The translations under genes and the position numbers were made by a program. DNA of 64,000 bases from Candidatus Magasanikiibacteriota bacterium (GTDB lineage: Bacteria > Patescibacteriota > Patescibacteriia > Magasanikbacterales > UBA922): assembly GCA_016207245.1 (NCBI GenBank), contig JACQQA010000009.1, positions 9,165 through 73,164 of the forward strand, read 5' to 3'. Positions within the stretch are counted from its first letter, which is position 1, and each line of letters begins with the position of its first letter. Positions 58,841 to 64,000 of this stretch are shown here, in pieces. The notes beneath the pieces are model-generated. The model saw only the letters and a program-made list of their open reading frames with translations, ran no database searches and had not been told where the DNA came from.

Positions 58841-60247
58841 ATGTTATTCAAAAAAACCAAACAACTCATCGCAGATAATCATTGCAAACGAAAGGGCAGC
58901 ATCTTGATGTTTGTTTTGGTTTTCGGCGCGGTGGCGAGCATGATGATAATTTCCGGCGTGGCGAGCTACGCGATTTTTGAGAATAAAGCGTCAAACCGCA
59001 AACATAATCGCGATTTAGCGTTTCAAATCGCCGAAGCCGGAGTAAATTATTATAAGTGGCATTTGGCGCATTCGCCCACCGACTATTGGGACGGCACCGG
59101 CGGTCAACCCGGACCGTATCAGCATGATTATGAAGATAAAAATGGGACAATAATAGGATATTATTCTTTGGAAATTGACGAACCGTTAGCCGGCAGCAGC
59201 GTAGTGGTAATGCGTTCAACAGGCTGGACTGTCGCCGAGCCGGAAACCAAACGAACACTTCAAGTCAGACTGGGCTTCGCGGCTTTGACTGATTACACCT
59301 TTCTTTCCAACGCCAACATGAATTTCAGTTTTACCACGGATGTTCACGGCACGGTTCATTCCAATGGTGGAATCAGGTTTGACGGCACGACCGACTCTTG
59401 GGTTAAAAGCGCTAAGGAAACATATACCTATTTAAATCAAACCCACAAAGGCGTTTGGGGCGCCGGCGGGCCGAAATCTTTTTGGCAATATCCTGTGCCA
59501 TGGATAGATTTTTTTGCCGTAACCTCTGATTTATCGAATATCAGCGATATGGCTGATGAATCAAACACCCACTACACATCTTCCGGCAAAGAAGGGTGGC
59601 ACATTGTTTTCACCGGGACGACTTACAAACTTTACAAAGTTACCAGCCGCGAGTGCCATTATGGCGAAGGGAGTTGGAAATATAAAAAGAAAACAGGTTG
59701 GTATTGGGTTGGGAGCACCTATTGTTATGATATTGGCGCGGAACAATTAGTCGGCACATATTCAATACCAACCACGGGCGCGATTTTTGTTGAGGATGAT
59801 GTGTGGATAGAGGGCACGGTTGATGGTAGAGTGAGTGTTGGCGTCGGTAAATTTCCCGTGCAGGAGCCGTATAAAACCGCGTATATCAGCAACAACCTGC
59901 TTTATACGGAAAAATCCAGCGATGATGTTATTGGCATCTTGGCGCAAGGCAATGTTGTTGTTCCGTATGATGTGCCTGATGATATGGAAATTAACGCCGC
60001 CATGCTGTCGCAGTTTGGCCAGCTTTACCGTCCGTATTATTACGATGATTTAAAAGACGATTTGACGATATTCGGTTCGCAGATTTCTTATCAGGGCGGC
60101 GGTTGGAAGTATGTCAATGGTTGGGGCAATGTAGTTTCCGGTTTCGTGGACACTCACCATGTTTACGATGGCAACCTGAAATACTACCCGCCCCCGGGCT
60201 TTCCGGTGGGAACGGTGTACGATTTGATTAGTTGGGAAGAGTTGTAG
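58841..60247 (+). CDS. PilX-like pilus assembly protein
   Basis: KGSILMFVLV...AFQIAEAG; C-terminal PPPGF...SWEE. Confidence 0.8.
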   Translation: MLFKKTKQLIADNHCKRKGSILMFVLVFGAVASMMIISGVASYAIFENKASNRKHNRDLAFQIAEAGVNYYKWHLAHSPTDYWDGTGGQPGPYQHDYEDKNGTIIGYYSLEIDEPLAGSSVVVMRSTGWTVAEPETKRTLQVRLGFAALTDYTFLSNANMNFSFTTDVHGTVHSNGGIRFDGTTDSWVKSAKETYTYLNQTHKGVWGAGGPKSFWQYPVPWIDFFAVTSDLSNISDMADESNTHYTSSGKEGWHIVFTGTTYKLYKVTSRECHYGEGSWKYKKKTGWYWVGSTYCYDIGAEQLVGTYSIPTTGAIFVEDDVWIEGTVDGRVSVGVGKFPVQEPYKTAYISNNLLYTEKSSDDVIGILAQGNVVVPYDVPDDMEINAAMLSQFGQLYRPYYYDDLKDDLTIFGSQISYQGGGWKYVNGWGNVVSGFVDTHHVYDGNLKYYPPPGFPVGTVYDLISWEEL

Positions 60248-60407
60248 ACAGAATACAGAGTGCAGATAACAGAATGCACACGACAAAAACAGCTACCAGA
60301 TAACAGAATGCAACGAGTTGGCATTGGTGAGTAAAATCGGTCGCGGATGTATTCTGCTATCTGTATTTTGGTAATTGCTCGTTTTGTTATCTGCATTCTG
60401 CATTCTG
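60248..60407. repeat. Heptamer inverted-repeat element (nested)
   Basis: Same arm units and a related core. Confidence 0.75.
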
Positions 60408-60450
60408 AAAAGCTGGTCAACCCACCCAAGTTTTGTTATAATAACGGCGT

Positions 60451-61290
60451 ATGAAAAAATCTTCAATAGTGAAAAAAGGTGTCATCCTCGCCGCGGGTTT
60501 GGGAACACGTTTTTTGCCAATCACCAAGTCCGTTCCCAAGGAAATGCTGCCGGTTTTGAATAAGCCGGTTTTGCAGTATATCGTGGAAGAAATGGCGGAC
60601 AGCGGGATTAAAAATATTACCATCGTCATCAGCCGCGAGAAGCAGGCGATCAAACATTATTTCACTCGCGATTTGAGATTTGAAAAAGAATTAAAAAAAT
60701 GCGGGAAGTATGATAGAATAGAGGGGCTGGTAGATTTGTTTAAAAAAGTTAAATTCAGTTTCGTGTATCAGGAAAGACCGTTGGGAAACGGTCACGCATT
60801 GCTGATGGCGCGCGGGTTAATTGGAAAAGATCCATTTGTCTGTTCCGATGCCGACAGTATTATCAGCGGCAAGATACCGGCGGTTAAACAATTATTGGAA
60901 GTGCATAATCAAACTTCGGCATCGGTGATCGGCGTGCAAAAAATTACTGACAAAAACATGATGACAAAATATGGCAATGTGTATGGAGAGCGAACTGCGG
61001 ACAAGCGGATTTATAAAGTAAAAGAATTTGTTGAAAAGCCGACGCTGGACGCGGTAACGCCGCTGGGACTGATTGTCGGCGGAATGCGGTATGTTTTTAC
61101 CGCGGACATCTGGCCGATTTTATTAAAACAAAAAAAGGGGCGGAGCGGGGAAATCTGGCTGGCGGAAGCGGCCAACACATTGGCGCGCCAAAAAGATTTT
61201 TTTGCTTACGAGTATGAGGGAAAATATTTAGACACCGGCAATCAGGACGCTCTATTAGACGCCGCGTCGTTTTTCAAGAACAAGTTATAG
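60451..61290 (+). CDS. galU: UTP-glucose-1-phosphate uridylyltransferase-like
   Basis: AAGLGTRFLPITKSVPKEMLP, VEKP. Confidence 0.8.
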   Translation: MKKSSIVKKGVILAAGLGTRFLPITKSVPKEMLPVLNKPVLQYIVEEMADSGIKNITIVISREKQAIKHYFTRDLRFEKELKKCGKYDRIEGLVDLFKKVKFSFVYQERPLGNGHALLMARGLIGKDPFVCSDADSIISGKIPAVKQLLEVHNQTSASVIGVQKITDKNMMTKYGNVYGERTADKRIYKVKEFVEKPTLDAVTPLGLIVGGMRYVFTADIWPILLKQKKGRSGEIWLAEAANTLARQKDFFAYEYEGKYLDTGNQDALLDAASFFKNKL

Positions 61291-61304
61291 GCGATTGTTC
61301 GAAC

Positions 61305-61371
61305 ACACCCCCTGCCCCTCTCCGAGAGGGGAGGTTGCGAGTTCCCTCCTCAGAGGAAGGCGAGGGAGGTG
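61305..61371. repeat. Palindromic element related to the DUF559 flanks
   Basis: CCCCTCTCCGAGAGGGG and CCTCCTCAGAGGAAGG hairpins. Confidence 0.55.
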
Positions 61372-61391
61372 TTCGGGTGAACACGAGAAGT

Positions 61392-62111
61392 ATGAAACAC
61401 AAGAACATTTTACTTTCATTACCATTCATATTTTCAGCATTTGGTTTTTTGTTTTTTAAGGCGGATTTCGCGTTTGGGGCGGACGGTATGTGCACCTGCG
61501 ACATTGTCCATACGGACACCGGGGAAAAAGAAACAGACGACGTGAGCGATAAGTCGCAAGCAGTGTGCTATGCGCTGGAGGGGACAGCGCCTTTTGAGAA
61601 TCAGCTTTATAAAAACTGCCTTTGGCAGGATACCGGCGGAACCTGCCAATGCAAAGTTAAAAACACACTGAACCAAGAAATAACTTTTGAAAAGATTGAC
61701 GGTATTGGGACAGAAGAGAAATGCAAGAATTTAGTAACGGAGACATCTGGTGGAGAAACAGATGTTTTAGTAAATGAAAGCTGTGAGTGGGTGGGGGGGG
61801 CGGCGCCACAACCAATTACTACCGAAGGATCCGAATCAGCTATTGATCTGCCTTCGGTCGCGGGTTTAAACAAACTAAAAAATACCGACGTAAAAGCCGT
61901 GTTTGGCAATATTATTTCTGTCGCCATGGGATTGCTGGGAAGTATCGCTTTGGCATTGTTCGCCTACGCCGGCGTGCTCTGGATGCTGGCCGGCGGCAAC
62001 GCCGAAAGGTCAACGCAAGCAAAAAATATTGTGGTCTGGGCGACGCTGGGTCTGTTTGTTATTTTCGCGAGTTATACTATAGTGAGTTTTATATTTAGCG
62101 CGGTAGAGTGA
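61392..62111 (+). CDS. Cys-rich TrbC/VirB2-like pilin
   Basis: C-terminal YAGVLWMLAGGN.E....AK..V.WA..GL signature. Confidence 0.8.
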   Translation: MKHKNILLSLPFIFSAFGFLFFKADFAFGADGMCTCDIVHTDTGEKETDDVSDKSQAVCYALEGTAPFENQLYKNCLWQDTGGTCQCKVKNTLNQEITFEKIDGIGTEEKCKNLVTETSGGETDVLVNESCEWVGGAAPQPITTEGSESAIDLPSVAGLNKLKNTDVKAVFGNIISVAMGLLGSIALALFAYAGVLWMLAGGNAERSTQAKNIVVWATLGLFVIFASYTIVSFIFSAVE

Positions 62112-62242
62112 TAATACAGAACACATAACACAATTAACAAAACACACACGATTCAAAACACATAACCCAATAAACATAACACAACAAACCCAATCGCCAA
62201 TCCACTGTGTTCTGTTATCTGCATTCTGTATTCTGCAAAACT

Positions 62243-63619
62243 ATGAAGCACAAAAAAATTATTTCCGTTGCAATACTATCTTTAGCTCTGCTAACTCTCG
62301 GTTTCGGCTGCAAGGGTCTTTCCGCCGAGCAAGCCGCCGCGGTCAAGCCGGTCAAGTTGAATTATTGGACGGTTTATAACGACTTGGATCAGCTTGAAGC
62401 GTTCAAAAAAGAATACGAGGCAAAGCGGCCGTATGTGAAAATAAATATCCGCAAAGTGCGCGGGGAAGAGCTTGAGCAATTATTATTGCGCGCGCTGGCC
62501 GACGATGTTCCGCCGGATATTATTTCCGTGAGTCCGCGCGACTTGCGGCGCTATGCCTCCTGGCTCGCGCCAATGCCGGCGAGCGTGAAAGTCGCGAATG
62601 TTTACATCAAGAGCCAATACACCAAAGAACAGGTCGTTACTATTGAAGAGAACAAAATGCCGTCGGTGAGCGCGGTGAAATCAAATTTTGTCAGCGCGGT
62701 TTATGATGACGCGGTGATTGACGGAAAAATTTACGGCCTTCCTTTGGCGTTTGATACCATGGCCATATACTATAACAAAGAACTGTTGGACAAGTCCGGA
62801 GTCGCGGAAACGCCGAAAACCTGGGATGAATTTATGGCCGCGGTTAAGCTCGGTACGCGATTTAATGAAAAGGGCGATATTGTTCAATCCGGCGTTGCTT
62901 TGGGCACCGGAAATAATATTGATCGCGCGTTTGATGTTCTTTCTTTGTTTATGCTGCAAAGCGGAGCCAAGATGGCGCAAGGCAATTCAGTTAGTTTTGC
63001 CAACGGTTTGACCCCGGGCAAGCCGAACCACCCCGCATTAGTCGCTCTCCGTTTTTACACTGATTTTGCTCGGCCCACCAAAGAAGTTTACAGCTGGAAT
63101 GAAACCATGAAAGACGCATTGGAAAATTTCGCATCCGGCAAAAGCGTATTTTATTTCGGCTTTGCTTATGACTATCCGCTCATCAAAGCTCGCGCTCCGC
63201 AAATGGATTTGGAAATTATGCCGATGCCGCAGTTGAACGAGGCCGCGCCGGTGAATGTGGCGAATTATTGGTTGGAAACAGTTATTAAAAAATCTAAACA
63301 TCCGGATGAGGCCTGGGACTTTGTCCGTTTTATGACCACGCCGGATAATATAAAGAAATACACTGACGCGACCAAACGGCCGACCCCTTTGCGTTCGCAA
63401 ATTAAAGACCAGGAAGCGGATGAGATGCTGAAGTCGTTTGTCAGCACGATTTTGCAGGCGGAGAATTGGTATAGAGGTAGAAACAAAGAAGCGGCCGCGA
63501 AAGTGTTTGCGGAAATGCTGCACAATAGTTTACAGCCATCCGGCTCCGCTAAGAGCGAGAATCAAAAAGACGTTCAATTATTAACCAACGCGGCGAAGTT
63601 AATTCAACAGACGATGTAG
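62243..63619 (+). CDS. Extracellular solute-binding lipoprotein (sugar ABC type)
   Basis: Lipobox LGFGC; YGLPLAFD...YYNKELL; PKTWDE. Confidence 0.88.
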   Translation: MKHKKIISVAILSLALLTLGFGCKGLSAEQAAAVKPVKLNYWTVYNDLDQLEAFKKEYEAKRPYVKINIRKVRGEELEQLLLRALADDVPPDIISVSPRDLRRYASWLAPMPASVKVANVYIKSQYTKEQVVTIEENKMPSVSAVKSNFVSAVYDDAVIDGKIYGLPLAFDTMAIYYNKELLDKSGVAETPKTWDEFMAAVKLGTRFNEKGDIVQSGVALGTGNNIDRAFDVLSLFMLQSGAKMAQGNSVSFANGLTPGKPNHPALVALRFYTDFARPTKEVYSWNETMKDALENFASGKSVFYFGFAYDYPLIKARAPQMDLEIMPMPQLNEAAPVNVANYWLETVIKKSKHPDEAWDFVRFMTTPDNIKKYTDATKRPTPLRSQIKDQEADEMLKSFVSTILQAENWYRGRNKEAAAKVFAEMLHNSLQPSGSAKSENQKDVQLLTNAAKLIQQTM

Positions 63620-63629
63620 GTATATTGAT

Positions 63630-64000
63630 ATGGGGAATAGTATAAAATATTTTGTCATTATCAGCATCAGCGCTGGTTTTGCTGGTATATTGGCATACGC
63701 GCAAAGTGTGCAAGCATCGGAAAATGCGGCGTTTTTAACCTATTATAACAAGTGTTCTTGTAAATATTCTCAACAAACTTCAGGTGGCGGGTGTTATTAT
63801 AGCGAGGAGGAATTGGAGATTGGTTTGGGGGAAACTCAGGATATAACATTTCAAGGAAATGATGAGAGCATTAAATTTTCAAAAGCTGAAGACTGTGAAG
63901 ATTTGTTGCAGTTTGCGGTTGATCAAAAGAAAGTTTGCGTTACCGCCACCACGCCCAAATGCCAGCTGTATCATGCCGTAACATACACAGATACCAACGG
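63630..64000 (+). CDS. Secreted Cys-rich protein, partial (runs off window end)
   Basis: Manual translation MGNSIKYFVIISISAGFAG..., open to the window end. Confidence 0.6.
   Translation, partial: MGNSIKYFVIISISAGFAGILAYAQSVQASENAAFLTYYNKCSCKYSQQTSGGGCYYSEEELEIGLGETQDITFQGNDESIKFSKAEDCEDLLQFAVDQKKVCVTATTPKCQLYHAVTYTDTN

Noticed and set aside
39916..62236. CRISPR array from repeat-spacer-like heptamer elements
   Set aside because: The arms are inverted and dispersed, the cores are homologous rather than unique, and no cas genes are present.

Overview
Origin-proximal 64 kb of a small-genome bacterium, most likely Patescibacteria/CPR (Parcubacteria-like). This assignment is inferred from the gene content: several TrmB regulators, pilin clusters, H+-PPase, a PEP-mobile-domain protein and mostly SD-less starts. 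In order, the window holds a BlaI/BlaR-controlled copper/thiol-redox operon (1-12.8 kb), recA-rodZ-ftsK, an accessory zone with TA pairs, hppA, comM, lspA, dksA, ychF, a tRNA cluster, rpmH-rnpA-yidD, dnaA-oriC-dnaN, PBP1A, a frameshifted polA, holA, rpsT, tig and a pilin cluster. The best candidate for a new system is at 28.70-28.95 kb: a tRNA with the alanine acceptor (G3:U70, A73) but an isoleucine anticodon (GAU). Directly upstream is a separately promoted and terminated small RNA that is antisense to that tRNA in circularly permuted order, suggesting a mistranslating tRNA paired with an anti-tRNA RNA. Also notable are an unassigned ~470-nt structured ncRNA with its own promoter and boxA (35.2-35.7 kb), palindromic repeats inserted in-frame in proteins and in tRNA fragments, a heptamer-repeat MITE-like family, a heptamer-repeat frameshift in polA, and GC-rich orphan cassettes with strong SD sequences. 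No database searches were run; product calls come from motif recognition.
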